Shown here: positions 36,801-46,195 of the stretch, piece by piece
Numbering within the stretch: position 1 is the stretch's first letter
Layout: every line of letters starts with the position of its first letter
Sequence record: LC592711.1
Strand: one strand, 5' to 3'
Length of the DNA stretch: 64,000 nucleotides
Translations under genes and position numbers: made by a program
Notes under the pieces: generated by a model
The model's input: the letters and a program-made list of their open reading frames with translations, nothing else
Told to the model about the DNA's origin: nothing
Databases searched by the model: none

Positions 36801-38342
36801 ATGCGGCTCGATATGCATTGCATCAACGAGCGTGCCCTTCCCGCCGAACGGATGGGGAATCGTTTTGTACTTTTCAGTGAGGTTCGACAGACGACGATAC
36901 TCGGCAGCAGTCAGAAGACCAGCCTCAGCGAGAACGCCAATGCGATCTTTCGTCTTGTGTTCGTAAGGACGCGTGTCATCGACAGCCAAAGGCAAGACTT
37001 CACCAGTAACCGGATTCACGATGTCCCGTGACTCTTCACTACTGTTGAGCTTTTCGAGCTCAGCGAGATCAGCGTCGATCATCGCGTTGATGTCGTCCGT
37101 GATTTCGAACCTGGAGGAATCTTCATCCTCGTGCTCAGTGAGCTTGGCTGCATTGCGAAGAAGTTCTTCGCTAGATTTCACCTCGGGCCCTTTTAAGCTC
37201 TTGGATGAGACCGTCGAGTCCGCCAGGTCTACGTCTTTTTTTACGGCGATTTCCTCCTCGTCCGCAGCACGCGGGAGTCCTTCATCGTCGTGTTCCGGTT
37301 CTTCTTCCGGAGTTTCTTTACCGAGCAGTGCTTCTGCTTCCTGCTTGGCGATGTCCTTCGGAGAAACCAGCTTGTCTGCTGCCGCAGCATTCGCATCGAT
37401 TGCAGTAACCGAGCGCGCGGACATGAGCACCATGTACATGCGCAGAATGTACTTCTGCAGCTGCTTGTTGTTGTACGAAACGCTATCGATCTTGCGAACG
37501 TCCTTGGCCTGCATCTTGCCAGTCTTGACGTCCTGCTTCACCTGGTCGTGGTACGCTTCGTTGACGCTCTTTTGCCAGTAGTACAGGCGCTCCAGGTTCA
37601 CCGAGATCCACGAGTTCGCATCTTCAATGATGAAGTTGATGAACCGGTAGTTCTTTGGCTCGATACGATCGAAAATGTTTGCAGGCTTCTTGCCTTCGTC
37701 ATCAGGCTCCATCAGGAACTTCCACAACTCCAACAGGAAACGAGCACCATCGGAATGGAAGATCTTGAGTGAGTTCTGATCCATGTTCTTGCTGGCAGTG
37801 TTCAGGCGACTGATTGCCGGCAGGACTTCAGGAGTCTTGACGATGAGGAACTGATTGCGCTGCGAAGCGTTCGCCGCAATGTTCATCTCGCTGGTGACCG
37901 TATACATCAGGTCGACCCAGGCATTGTAATCCGCATAGAGCGAACGGATATACTTGTAGTTGTGGTGGACGACAGCGTAGTTGGTTACGACCATCGTCTT
38001 CGGATCTTTCGGCATCTTCTCCAGATCCAGCAACTTGCGGAATCGGCGATTGCGAACGAAGTAGCCGCGCAGAATCGGATTCGAGTCAAACGTCACCCGA
38101 CGGGGTTCGTGAGGCGGATCGATGAGTCTGAGCGGCGTGTAGATCAGGATGGGTTTGGTGATGCCCTTAAAGAGCGGATGATCCGAACCCGGCCCGACAT
38201 CGATCTTACTTTCTGCAACGTAATGCAAGAGCGAGTTCTGAGGGAGCTCCATATCCTGAAGCGTCGAAACGATAGGGGCAACCAATTGGCCGCCCTTACG
38301 AATCATCCTCGCTCTCTCAAAGTTCTGATAAAGAAGGTTCAT
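33891..38342 (-). CDS. rpoB: Virion RNA polymerase beta subunit, N-terminal part (phiKZ gp178-like)
   Basis: 1483 aa; 'EEVTFTGAGGRS', 'ATKDSGEVG', 'RMGFISIQHEH', 'EDASVIS', 'GVGDKIVLVNQLKSII' correspond to conserved beta regions. Confidence 0.9.
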   Translation of the reverse strand: MNLLYQNFERARMIRKGGQLVAPIVSTLQDMELPQNSLLHYVAESKIDVGPGSDHPLFKGITKPILIYTPLRLIDPPHEPRRVTFDSNPILRGYFVRNRRFRKLLDLEKMPKDPKTMVVTNYAVVHHNYKYIRSLYADYNAWVDLMYTVTSEMNIAANASQRNQFLIVKTPEVLPAISRLNTASKNMDQNSLKIFHSDGARFLLELWKFLMEPDDEGKKPANIFDRIEPKNYRFINFIIEDANSWISVNLERLYYWQKSVNEAYHDQVKQDVKTGKMQAKDVRKIDSVSYNNKQLQKYILRMYMVLMSARSVTAIDANAAAADKLVSPKDIAKQEAEALLGKETPEEEPEHDDEGLPRAADEEEIAVKKDVDLADSTVSSKSLKGPEVKSSEELLRNAAKLTEHEDEDSSRFEITDDINAMIDADLAELEKLNSSEESRDIVNPVTGEVLPLAVDDTRPYEHKTKDRIGVLAEAGLLTAAEYRRLSNLTEKYKTIPHPFGGKGTLVDAMHIEPHELHVDTKHIAAPNAVVVDGSMLHSSIEVSQQKYIKHTLPKHILRMITHVQSANVMLDHLEVEKTETIQGTNQNFVARIVPVEGAPTTLRFPIPEINEDGTYTANGVKYAMRNQRGDFPIRKVAPNRVAITSYYGKFFIYRSRKAVNDYQQWLINEVMSLGFDNSIDVVTDIKTANVFHMNIKAPRSVSALAHQIKEFTLQNVEKEKFVFHLDLSKIEDNFNMEVVGPWIKKGFVPIAISDKRKIIYYEGDSFYLIQGETVKPLGEMEEILGLDMSGMPAEFVEIKIAGKYVPIGMILAWDYGLTELIKRLKIKTRRVPVGTRTQQQPDEVALVFSDETLLFSKNDRLACLLLGGFQEFRRIIRGFSITDFDHPGVYQNVLDTTGGGTRVLREITLARDMFVDPITKDVLLHLKEPTDFMGILVFATELLLDDMHRPELDMSEMRIKGYERIAGAVYQELVRSMRAHNGRPGKSRYPIEMKPFAIWQALAEDPSIVVVKDINPIANLKMREEVTFTGAGGRSKDTMTAATREYGKNDIGIISEATKDSGEVGINTYLAPNPQLTNTLGMPVEPDKKDLAMSSIFSSSVLASPGATRDDMKRMGFISIQHEHGVAVTGQMENILSTGYDRVIPHRASELFAVTAKQKGKVTEVTDHGITVQYEDGTTKGYPLGRQYGENAGMTIPHTLVTNLKVGTKFIEGDAITFNKGFFKPDTLNPRQVVWCNGTYAHFALCEPADVIEDASVISQELADMLMTEQTKQRTIIVSFKQAIARLIKVGEAVKYDDVLMIIQDEITSGLDLYDEADIDSLKALGSQAPKAKYDGVVERIEVFYRGDKEDMSDSIKKIVAASDREIGHRRKSAGKKVVTGEVDEGFKVKGNSIPLDSVAIRIYITGPEPAGVGDKIVLVNQLKSIIGKVIKEPMKAEDGTKILGRFSYTSIARRIVNSPDIVGTTTAILMKGAELVVAAYDS

Positions 38343-38353
38343 GAAAAGTCCTG

Positions 38354-39970
38354 TTAACGGGTCAGGTTGAAGCAGACGAGTTTCGCCGTATCAACCACCG
38401 CAGAAGCGATGAGTCGACCCTTCGGATCAACATAGGCAATTTTCTTTTTGAAGAGATCGTTGACCTCTTTAACGCCCTCGTCAGTGTAGAGCGCGTTGGC
38501 CGAAGACGTGTCGCCGTCGAAGTCTGCATTGAGCAGCGCGAGGCGAATCATGTTCGGACAGATGGTGTTGATGAAGGCTTCGCCACGGATCGGGAAGGAC
38601 ATCACGTAGTCGTCTTCGTGACGTTCCCAATTGTCGTCCAACACCCAACGCTTTTCGCTGTTGGTGGTCGTTTTGATATACCCGATAGACGGGTAGATCG
38701 AGCCCAGAGATGCGACGGGGTAACGCGTCACAAACAATGGGAGGGTACTCAATTTTTTTACAACAGACAGATAGATCAGTTCTGCGTAAGTCGCAGGGCT
38801 GACATTGTTCTTGTCCAGATTGTCGGGCAGCTCGCCGATGTCTTGCAGCAGACGAACGGTATTATCCGGGCCACGATAGACCAATGCCAGATAGTGGTTA
38901 CCCACCATGGCAGGCTTGTGACGCATCTCCACGTTCTGAAAGAGCGAGAAGAGTTTGTCGATGCCTTCGTCACTGAAGAACTTATCCCAGTCGTCCGGCT
39001 TCAGTTGCACGTTCTCCTGCTTGAACGTGTTCTTGTTTACCAGTTTGACAGGCGAGCCCGGTCCGTTGTGAACTTTCGAGAGGAAGTTGTTTTTGAACTC
39101 GAAGATAGCCACTGGACGACAGGCGCGGATTGCCTGGTAGAGTCCGTAGACCGTGTGGTTCGGTCCGACGTTGCCAGGGTCGCCGAGTTCGGTGATGCCT
39201 TCATCCAGAGGCGAGATAACATTTCGCGTACCGTCCGCAATGTGTCGTGAAGCCCACTTGCCGAGCACCAGCTTCCGTTTACCGGAGATCAGGTTCTTCA
39301 GGCTTTCGTAGATTTCGTTAAACGTCATCTGCAGCTTAAAGCGTGCAGCGTCCGATACGTCGCGATCCGATGCCTTACCGTCGCCAGGAATGGTGTTAGC
39401 CACCATCAGCAAGCGTCGATAGATCTTGTTGATTTCGTCTTCTTCACTACGGCCATCGTCACCCATTTGCAGGTCACGCATGGCAGCAGGAATCACCATG
39501 ACCTTATCGGTCAAGGCAACATGCTTGTAGTTGACGATAAGCTTCTGAGCTTCCATCTTCTCAGGAGACTTGGTCGGCTGCAACTTGATGTCTTTCCAGT
39601 GCTGCATGAAGAACCGGAAACCAGTTTTCCCGTTGATGGGATCGCTGGGCATGAAGTCGCCTTCCTTGTCGTCCCAAACGGCATAACCCTTACCGGACAC
39701 GATGTCCATGTAAAGATGTTTGTTGCCCACCAGCGCGTTGAAAATGGCCGGGTGGAACACTTGCGTTTTGACGTTGATGTAGCTGAATTTCTCGGCCCGC
39801 ATTTCTTCGCCGACCTTACCGAAGATCAGCGCAGAAAACAAACCATCGGGGTGGAAGTTGATCCCGGAGTTGTCGAAGATATCCAATGCCGATACGGGCC
39901 GGAGGTTCTTCAGACGTTCATCCTTTGGATCAAGAATCTTGATATTAAAAGGTACATTGATAGGCTTCAC
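38354..39970 (-). CDS. rpoC: Virion RNA polymerase beta' subunit, catalytic N-terminal part (phiKZ gp180-like)
   Basis: Catalytic 'NADFDGD'; 'GLFSALIFG', 'VLGKWASRHIADGTRNVI', 'VTRYP'. Confidence 0.93.
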   Translation of the reverse strand: MKPINVPFNIKILDPKDERLKNLRPVSALDIFDNSGINFHPDGLFSALIFGKVGEEMRAEKFSYINVKTQVFHPAIFNALVGNKHLYMDIVSGKGYAVWDDKEGDFMPSDPINGKTGFRFFMQHWKDIKLQPTKSPEKMEAQKLIVNYKHVALTDKVMVIPAAMRDLQMGDDGRSEEDEINKIYRRLLMVANTIPGDGKASDRDVSDAARFKLQMTFNEIYESLKNLISGKRKLVLGKWASRHIADGTRNVISPLDEGITELGDPGNVGPNHTVYGLYQAIRACRPVAIFEFKNNFLSKVHNGPGSPVKLVNKNTFKQENVQLKPDDWDKFFSDEGIDKLFSLFQNVEMRHKPAMVGNHYLALVYRGPDNTVRLLQDIGELPDNLDKNNVSPATYAELIYLSVVKKLSTLPLFVTRYPVASLGSIYPSIGYIKTTTNSEKRWVLDDNWERHEDDYVMSFPIRGEAFINTICPNMIRLALLNADFDGDTSSANALYTDEGVKEVNDLFKKKIAYVDPKGRLIASAVVDTAKLVCFNLTR

Positions 39971-39998
39971 ACTGAATCCTTAACGGAGTAATCGAGGT

Positions 39999-42900
39999 AT
40001 GGCGTCTAAAAAGAAACGCGGCGGGCGCGATGATTTCGATTTCGATAGCGACTTGGACTTTGACATTCCTGACTTCGGGGGCGATAACCCCGAAGCCACG
40101 AGTAAGAGTCGTAAACCGATTTCTGTTGGCCTTAAGTCAGCAGCGGCAGGGTTTGGCAAGACGTTCGCCAATGAGGCACGTCTGCGTAAAACTCTGACGA
40201 AATCACTGCCCAAAGAGTACGAAGAACCGATCTCGAAAGCATTCGAGATCAAAGATGGGTTTCGGGATCTATACAATACCAGTTCGTCCCAAGCCAGCGA
40301 AATCGTTCGTGAGACCAAACGTTCAGTCGGGCGGATCACGAGAAACCTGGAGTCTGCACTTCCCAAAAAGCTGGCTGAAAAGCTCAAAGCGTGGGGCGAC
40401 TCTGCTGATTCGGATACCGTAGGTAACCTGTCGAAAAGTGAAGTAGAGCAAGGCACGATCGATTCGGCCTTTGCATCCATCTTCGCCCAGACTCAGCAGG
40501 CTCAGGCTGATAACGAAAAGAAGCGCGACGCACGTCAGGTCATTCAGGACCAGATCGATCAAAAGCGTCATAAGGACATGACGTCTATCCTGGGGTCGAT
40601 TGACAACTCGCTTTTGCAGTTGGCAACATTCCAGGATAAGATCCAGACCAACTACATGAAGAAGTCGTTGGAGCTTCAGTTCCGTTCGTACTTTGTACAG
40701 AACGACATGCTGGCGCTTCAGACGAAGTTCTTTGACGAATTCAAGAAAGACCTTCAGGCGATCACGAAGAACACAGGGCTTCCTGATTACGTCAAGAAGG
40801 CGCCGAAAGAAGCTCTCATGGAGCTCATGCGGCAAAAGACCTTCGATTCGCTTTCGAACACCATTTCCAAAAAGCGTAACCAGTGGCTCTCCGGCGTTTT
40901 CAAGAAAGCGCAGGGTAAGATCTCCGAGACACTCGGTAACGTCAAGGACGGCCTGGGAATGGTTCTCGACGGGGTTGAAACCGGCTCCAGTATGTATGGT
41001 TCTGGTTTCGGTCCGTCGGGTGAAGAACTTGTCGGCGATCTCGCTGGCGGTTTCGCGGGGAACAAAGCACAAGACTGGTTGGCTAAGAAGATTCGGGCCC
41101 AGATGGTCAAGAATCCGAAAGCAGTCAAGTTCGGGAACAAAGCCAATCAAGTCTTATCAAATCTGCCGCAGTGGATGGGCAACCAGCTGGAAAACGGCAA
41201 GTACGCTGACAAGATTCCTGAATGGCTGAAGGATATCCTCAAGCCCGATACGGAGTCCTCTGGCGTCAATCTGAGCCGTGAAGTCGATCTCGATCGTGCA
41301 GCACGTTGGTCGGATAAGAATTCGCGTTCTCTGAATGTCGTGATTCCGGAACTGCTCTCGAAGATCCATCACGAGCTCTACGTTACCCGCACGGGCGACG
41401 TAAGCGCTAAGCCTTTGGCGTACGACTACGAAAAGGGCAAGTTCGTCACATCGAAAGAACGTCAAGCTCAACTAGCGGACACGATTGTTTCGAACCGTAC
41501 GAAAGAATCGACGAAGCACCAGGTCGACAACATCTTCAAGGAAATCGATCCGAAGGGTGAGATCGATCCGAAAACTCGTAAGGCGATTGCAGCACGCATT
41601 TATGGTGCTAACAAACGCAATGTCTATTTCGACAAAGATAACATCCTGTCGCATGAAGTACTGGGCGATCACGATGATGCACGTCGCAAGTTCGAAGAGT
41701 ATCTCGAAAACGACGAGCAGGGCCACAAAGAACGACGTCTCACGAACATGTTCGGTCGTGTCGGCGGAGACAATGGTGAAGTCAAGGATGTGATTCAGGA
41801 TCTCATTGACCAAGGGCGCCACGGCGAACTGGCCGATATGGGATTGCTGGATCTGAAGACTGGCCGCATCAACATGGAAAAAGTTCGCGAGATGGAACTG
41901 AGCCATGTTGGTAAAACTGTGAAGTCTGCAAATGGTAACATCTTCTCGGGCGGTAACGTCCAGATGTTTGCCAAGGGCGGTGCATTCACGAACAAGATCG
42001 TACGTCGTCCTACCGCTTTCCCGATGAAGGGTGGAAAGACCGGTATCATGGGCGAAGCAGGTCCCGAAGCGATCATGCCTTTGTCGCGGGACAAGGATGG
42101 TCGTCTGGGCGTTAAAGTCCAGAAGGGCAAAACGGAACAAGCCGTTGAGGAAATCCTCGGCATCCTGAAACGCTTCGAAGCGAAAGGCTTTGGTGGCGGT
42201 ATGATGGATCCTGAAATGCTCGAAGCTTATCTGTCTGGCAAGATGGATGATGCCAAGGGTTATTTCGGTAAGGGCGGTGCAGCCCTCAAGAAGCTGGGTC
42301 TGGGTGCGGCAGGTTCCATTTGGGGCGGCGCCAAGAACTCCTATCGTCGCAGCCGCATCATGGCTCGTAAAGCCAAGAAGATGGTTTTCGGCGGTGGTGC
42401 CTCCGCTCTTGACTGGCTGGGTAAACAGAAAGACAAATTCGATCTGTATATCGGTAACGAAGTCGAGCCTCGTCTGTCAAAGATGAAACTCGAAGCTGGC
42501 CGATACGTCGATGCGAAGACCGGCAAGGTCATCGAGAAGTACGAAGATATCAAAGGCGACATTAAAGATCTTGATACGGATGAGATCGTTCTCAGGGCCA
42601 CTGAGATCAAGGACGGTATTCTCAAAAACTTCGAGACAGGTAAGTCGGTGTTGTTGCGACTGACTGGCTGGGGTAAATCTGCGATCAAGCAAGCATACGA
42701 AAAAACCAAAGCGACCATTGCGAAAGCGACGGGTCTTTCCAAGCTTCTCTCTAGCACGGCTTACAACAGCGTGAAGAAAGCTTATGAATTTTACACGGAC
42801 GGGCCACAAGACGTGTATCTGAAGGACCAGTACGAAACACCGGTTCTTCTCAAGCGCATCATGGCGCAAGGATTGTATTTCGATAAAGCAACTCTCGATC

Positions 42901-45900
42901 CGATCTCGAAGGTGAGTCAGATCAAGGGTCCTGTTGTCGATAACGAAGAAAATGTCCTTATCACCAAGGAAGACTTGGCTAACGGCCTGTACGACAAGGA
43001 AGGTAAGGAAATCAAGACCGGCTTTGACAAGATTGCATCCTTCGTAGGTGCGTCTATCAAGGGCGCGATTGGAACCTACAAGAAGCTGTTGGGTAAGGGT
43101 AAAGACATGGGGATGCGAGCAATGGCTTGGCTCAAGAATCTCTTTGGCTTTGATTCGCCCTTCACGGTCTTCAGCAGCCGTACGAATGACATTCTGACGG
43201 CAATGTATGCCATGCTCAATGATCGCTTGCCTGGCGAGCGCTCACCTGACCTGGATTCCATGATTGGCAAGGGTTCGTCTGGTTCTACCAAGGACGCCGT
43301 CAATAAAGCCGGTAAGGCTGCGGGAGCTTTCAAAGAAGGCTTCATGAAACGCTGGAATAAGGGCAAGGATCAGGCACAGGCTAAAGCCGATGAACTCAAG
43401 GCGCGTTTGCCGGGAGACATCGAGAATGCCAAACAGAAAGCACGCGACCTCCATGGTCAGGCTTCTGACAAACTGAACGAATGGAAAGACGAGCATTGGG
43501 ATAAGGCAGAGCAGCAGGTTCGTGAAAAGCTTGGTCGAGGGAAGGACCGAGTTGTAGACGGACTGCATGCTGTTGTCGACACCCTACGCGCACGTCTGCC
43601 CGAACAGAAAGCCAAGGTTGAAGGCGATAGCAACGGCGACGGTGTTCGCGATGGTTCCATCGATGACCTCCGCGCCAAACGTGCTAAAGCCAAGGAAGAA
43701 AAAGAGAAGGAAAAGAAGGAAGCCGAACAGTCTGCTGAAAAGGGCAGTACCAAGGGCGCCTGGGCGGCATTGTCCGCATTCTTCAAAAAGAATAAAGGCG
43801 AGGACGAAGAGAAGGGTGGTCACTCTCTCCTCGAAGACGCCGAGGATCTCGTAGGCGGCGGTAATGGCGGCAAGGCTGAGAAAGCCGGTAAGGGCCTGAA
43901 GAAGGCTAGCCGTTGGGAAAGGATGATGCCTAAGGGCAAAGGCTTGGGTTCCAAGCTGCTGCGTGGTGGCATGAAAGCAATCGGTGGTATTGGCAAGCTC
44001 GGCCTGAAGTTTGGCGGCGCTCTCCTGGGCGGTGGTTTGCTTAGCGCGGAAACGCTGCTGGGCGGGTTGTCGCTCGTGGGTTCTGCTCTAGGCATGACTG
44101 CCACTGCAATCGGTGCAATCATTTCGTCTCCCGTTACCGTTCCGCTCCTGGTAGCTGCTGGTGTTGGTGCCGCAGGGTACTTCGCCTATAAGTGGCTTAC
44201 CAAGCCGGATCCTCAACCAATCGAAAAGGTACGACTCGTGCAGTATGGCTTTAAAGCCAACGACATCGAAGCGTACAAGAAGATGAAGAGTCTGGAGCAA
44301 CAACTTGCCCCAGCAGTAGTCTTCAAGGGTGAGAAGGCAGAATTCGATCCCAAGAAAGTTGATCTGAAGCAGGCGATGAAGCTTTACGGCTTGAACCCGG
44401 AAAGCAAGGACGATGCGGAGAAGTTCGTGTCGTGGTTCGCTGATCGCTTCCGTCCGGTCTACCTCCAACACAGAGCGTTGATCGTGACATCGAAGTCTCC
44501 GAAGCCTCTGGAAGACGTTGACGATAACAAGCCTGATTTCAAGCAGTCCTATCTGGATCAGTGTTTGTTCCCGGGTGGTCATTACAACGTCACGACCAAT
44601 CCCTTCAAGGGCAAGGACTATCTGCCTACCGCGCAGTATTCGGTGGAACAGCAGATCAAGGCCGCGAAGGAAGAAGTCGAGAAAGAAGGCTCCAAGAAAC
44701 AAGATACCAACAAGGCTGATGCTCCGAAGCCTGCTGGAGGTGTAGCTGCCGCCGCTCTCGCTAAAAACGAAGCGGATAAGAAAGCACACGAAGCTGATCA
44801 AAAGAAGAATGATACGACCTTGACTCCTGCCCAGAAAGATCCGAGGCACGATTCCGACAAGGTCATGGCGCAAAATCGCCTGGCTGCTGCAACCGTTGGT
44901 GCTAACGAGGGCCCCGGAGGCCCCGGCCGTCAACCTGGAGATCCGATTACCGGACCTTCTGGCCCTGACGGATCTGCTAAACCGGCAAAGTCCAAACCTG
45001 GCGTTAAGCCGATGAGCGGTGCCGCAGCACTGGTGAAAGAAACACTTCTGAAAGACATGCCGAAGTACGGGATTACTTCCCCGAACCAGCAAGCTGCCCT
45101 CCTGGGCAATATCGAACACGAATCCGGCTTCATGCCGATTTCTGAGAATCTGAATTACAAACCCACCCAGCTGATGAAGTTGTGGCCTAACCGTTTCCCT
45201 GATTCGGGTAAGGCTCAGCAAGTCGCGTCGCAAGGCCCTCAAGGCATTGCGAACAACATCTACGGCGGTCGGATGGGCAACACGGATGCCAACGATGGTT
45301 GGGATTACCGTGGCCGCGGCCCTCTCCAGATTACTGGTAAGAGTAACTACGCGGCTGTCGGTAAGGCGATGGGCAAAGACATCGTCAATGATCCGGACAA
45401 GCTTATCACCGATCCTCAGACCGCAGCTGACTCTGCTCTGGCCTACTGGAAACTCAACCCTGCGCTCGGTAAAAACGCAGACGCTGGGAATTTCCAGAAA
45501 GTTCGACAGATGATCAACGGTGGTGGTATCGGAGCGGATGACGCAAATGCACGCGTGCAGAGTTATCTGGACAAAATCAAGAATGGCGAACTGCAAGTAG
45601 GTGGTTCGTCGTCTGGCCCTGGCGGTACGGTCACTCCTACGGGAACGGTCGATTCGCCTAAGCCTTCTACAGCTAACGTGGCGTCGAATCCGAATTCGGG
45701 TCCGGCACCTGATGCTTACCGACAAGCGTCCAAGGCTGAACCGACTGCGACGACTCCGTCTCAATTGGTTAGCTCTCCGCGACCGACGTATGATCCGAGC
45801 TCTGGTGGTGGTGCTGCCATGAGTTCGAGCTCCGCGCCTTCGCAGAACGCTTACGTACAACGCAATACCCAACTGAATGCTGGTGACTCCCTTGACATCA

Positions 45901-46118
45901 TGAAGCAAGGTCTCAAGGAATCGCAAACTCAGACTGGGCTTCTCCAACGCATCGCAGATGGTATCGACAAACTCAACTCCAGGTTCGATAAGAACATGGG
46001 CGGGGGTGATAGTCAGGCACCAGCTGCTGGTAGCGACGAGAAGAGTAACTACGGCAAGCCTCCCGCTCCGATGACGGCGCCGTCATTGGGATTCCGCCGA
46101 CAACTTGCTAACGTTTAA
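39999..46118 (+). CDS. Giant virion tail-associated peptidoglycan hydrolase / tape-measure-like protein (phiKZ gp181-like) with a C-terminal GH19 domain
   Basis: 2039 aa divergent from vRNAP beta' as in phiKZ; GH19 motifs 'LLGNIEHES', 'ENLNY', 'GGRMGN', 'YRGRGPLQITGKSNY', 'INGG'. Confidence 0.85.
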   Translation: MASKKKRGGRDDFDFDSDLDFDIPDFGGDNPEATSKSRKPISVGLKSAAAGFGKTFANEARLRKTLTKSLPKEYEEPISKAFEIKDGFRDLYNTSSSQASEIVRETKRSVGRITRNLESALPKKLAEKLKAWGDSADSDTVGNLSKSEVEQGTIDSAFASIFAQTQQAQADNEKKRDARQVIQDQIDQKRHKDMTSILGSIDNSLLQLATFQDKIQTNYMKKSLELQFRSYFVQNDMLALQTKFFDEFKKDLQAITKNTGLPDYVKKAPKEALMELMRQKTFDSLSNTISKKRNQWLSGVFKKAQGKISETLGNVKDGLGMVLDGVETGSSMYGSGFGPSGEELVGDLAGGFAGNKAQDWLAKKIRAQMVKNPKAVKFGNKANQVLSNLPQWMGNQLENGKYADKIPEWLKDILKPDTESSGVNLSREVDLDRAARWSDKNSRSLNVVIPELLSKIHHELYVTRTGDVSAKPLAYDYEKGKFVTSKERQAQLADTIVSNRTKESTKHQVDNIFKEIDPKGEIDPKTRKAIAARIYGANKRNVYFDKDNILSHEVLGDHDDARRKFEEYLENDEQGHKERRLTNMFGRVGGDNGEVKDVIQDLIDQGRHGELADMGLLDLKTGRINMEKVREMELSHVGKTVKSANGNIFSGGNVQMFAKGGAFTNKIVRRPTAFPMKGGKTGIMGEAGPEAIMPLSRDKDGRLGVKVQKGKTEQAVEEILGILKRFEAKGFGGGMMDPEMLEAYLSGKMDDAKGYFGKGGAALKKLGLGAAGSIWGGAKNSYRRSRIMARKAKKMVFGGGASALDWLGKQKDKFDLYIGNEVEPRLSKMKLEAGRYVDAKTGKVIEKYEDIKGDIKDLDTDEIVLRATEIKDGILKNFETGKSVLLRLTGWGKSAIKQAYEKTKATIAKATGLSKLLSSTAYNSVKKAYEFYTDGPQDVYLKDQYETPVLLKRIMAQGLYFDKATLDPISKVSQIKGPVVDNEENVLITKEDLANGLYDKEGKEIKTGFDKIASFVGASIKGAIGTYKKLLGKGKDMGMRAMAWLKNLFGFDSPFTVFSSRTNDILTAMYAMLNDRLPGERSPDLDSMIGKGSSGSTKDAVNKAGKAAGAFKEGFMKRWNKGKDQAQAKADELKARLPGDIENAKQKARDLHGQASDKLNEWKDEHWDKAEQQVREKLGRGKDRVVDGLHAVVDTLRARLPEQKAKVEGDSNGDGVRDGSIDDLRAKRAKAKEEKEKEKKEAEQSAEKGSTKGAWAALSAFFKKNKGEDEEKGGHSLLEDAEDLVGGGNGGKAEKAGKGLKKASRWERMMPKGKGLGSKLLRGGMKAIGGIGKLGLKFGGALLGGGLLSAETLLGGLSLVGSALGMTATAIGAIISSPVTVPLLVAAGVGAAGYFAYKWLTKPDPQPIEKVRLVQYGFKANDIEAYKKMKSLEQQLAPAVVFKGEKAEFDPKKVDLKQAMKLYGLNPESKDDAEKFVSWFADRFRPVYLQHRALIVTSKSPKPLEDVDDNKPDFKQSYLDQCLFPGGHYNVTTNPFKGKDYLPTAQYSVEQQIKAAKEEVEKEGSKKQDTNKADAPKPAGGVAAAALAKNEADKKAHEADQKKNDTTLTPAQKDPRHDSDKVMAQNRLAAATVGANEGPGGPGRQPGDPITGPSGPDGSAKPAKSKPGVKPMSGAAALVKETLLKDMPKYGITSPNQQAALLGNIEHESGFMPISENLNYKPTQLMKLWPNRFPDSGKAQQVASQGPQGIANNIYGGRMGNTDANDGWDYRGRGPLQITGKSNYAAVGKAMGKDIVNDPDKLITDPQTAADSALAYWKLNPALGKNADAGNFQKVRQMINGGGIGADDANARVQSYLDKIKNGELQVGGSSSGPGGTVTPTGTVDSPKPSTANVASNPNSGPAPDAYRQASKAEPTATTPSQLVSSPRPTYDPSSGGGAAMSSSSAPSQNAYVQRNTQLNAGDSLDIMKQGLKESQTQTGLLQRIADGIDKLNSRFDKNMGGGDSQAPAAGSDEKSNYGKPPAPMTAPSLGFRRQLANV

Positions 46119-46125
46119 ACGAAAG

Positions 46126-46159
46126 AATACACAGGTGGCCCGTCGGCCACCTGTGTATT
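46126..46159 (+). terminator. 15-bp hairpin followed by TATG
   Basis: aatacacaggtggcc-cgtc-ggccacctgtgtatt; TATG at 46163-46166. Confidence 0.7.
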
Positions 46160-46195
46160 TAATATGATTCGACGTAATTTCTAACAGGAGTAGCG

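Noticed and set aside
38342-38354. Homing endonuclease, intron or intein between or within the vRNAP genes or terL
   Set aside because: The genes are 11 nt apart and continuous, and I saw no LAGLIDADG, HNH, GIY-YIG or intein splice motifs.
43560-44200. Lys/Gly-rich and hydrophobic Gly/Leu/Ala stretch in the 2039-aa protein, considered as a separate membrane or toxin domain
   Set aside because: Such charged and TM-like segments are usual in tape-measure and ejection proteins, so there is no independent evidence of novelty.
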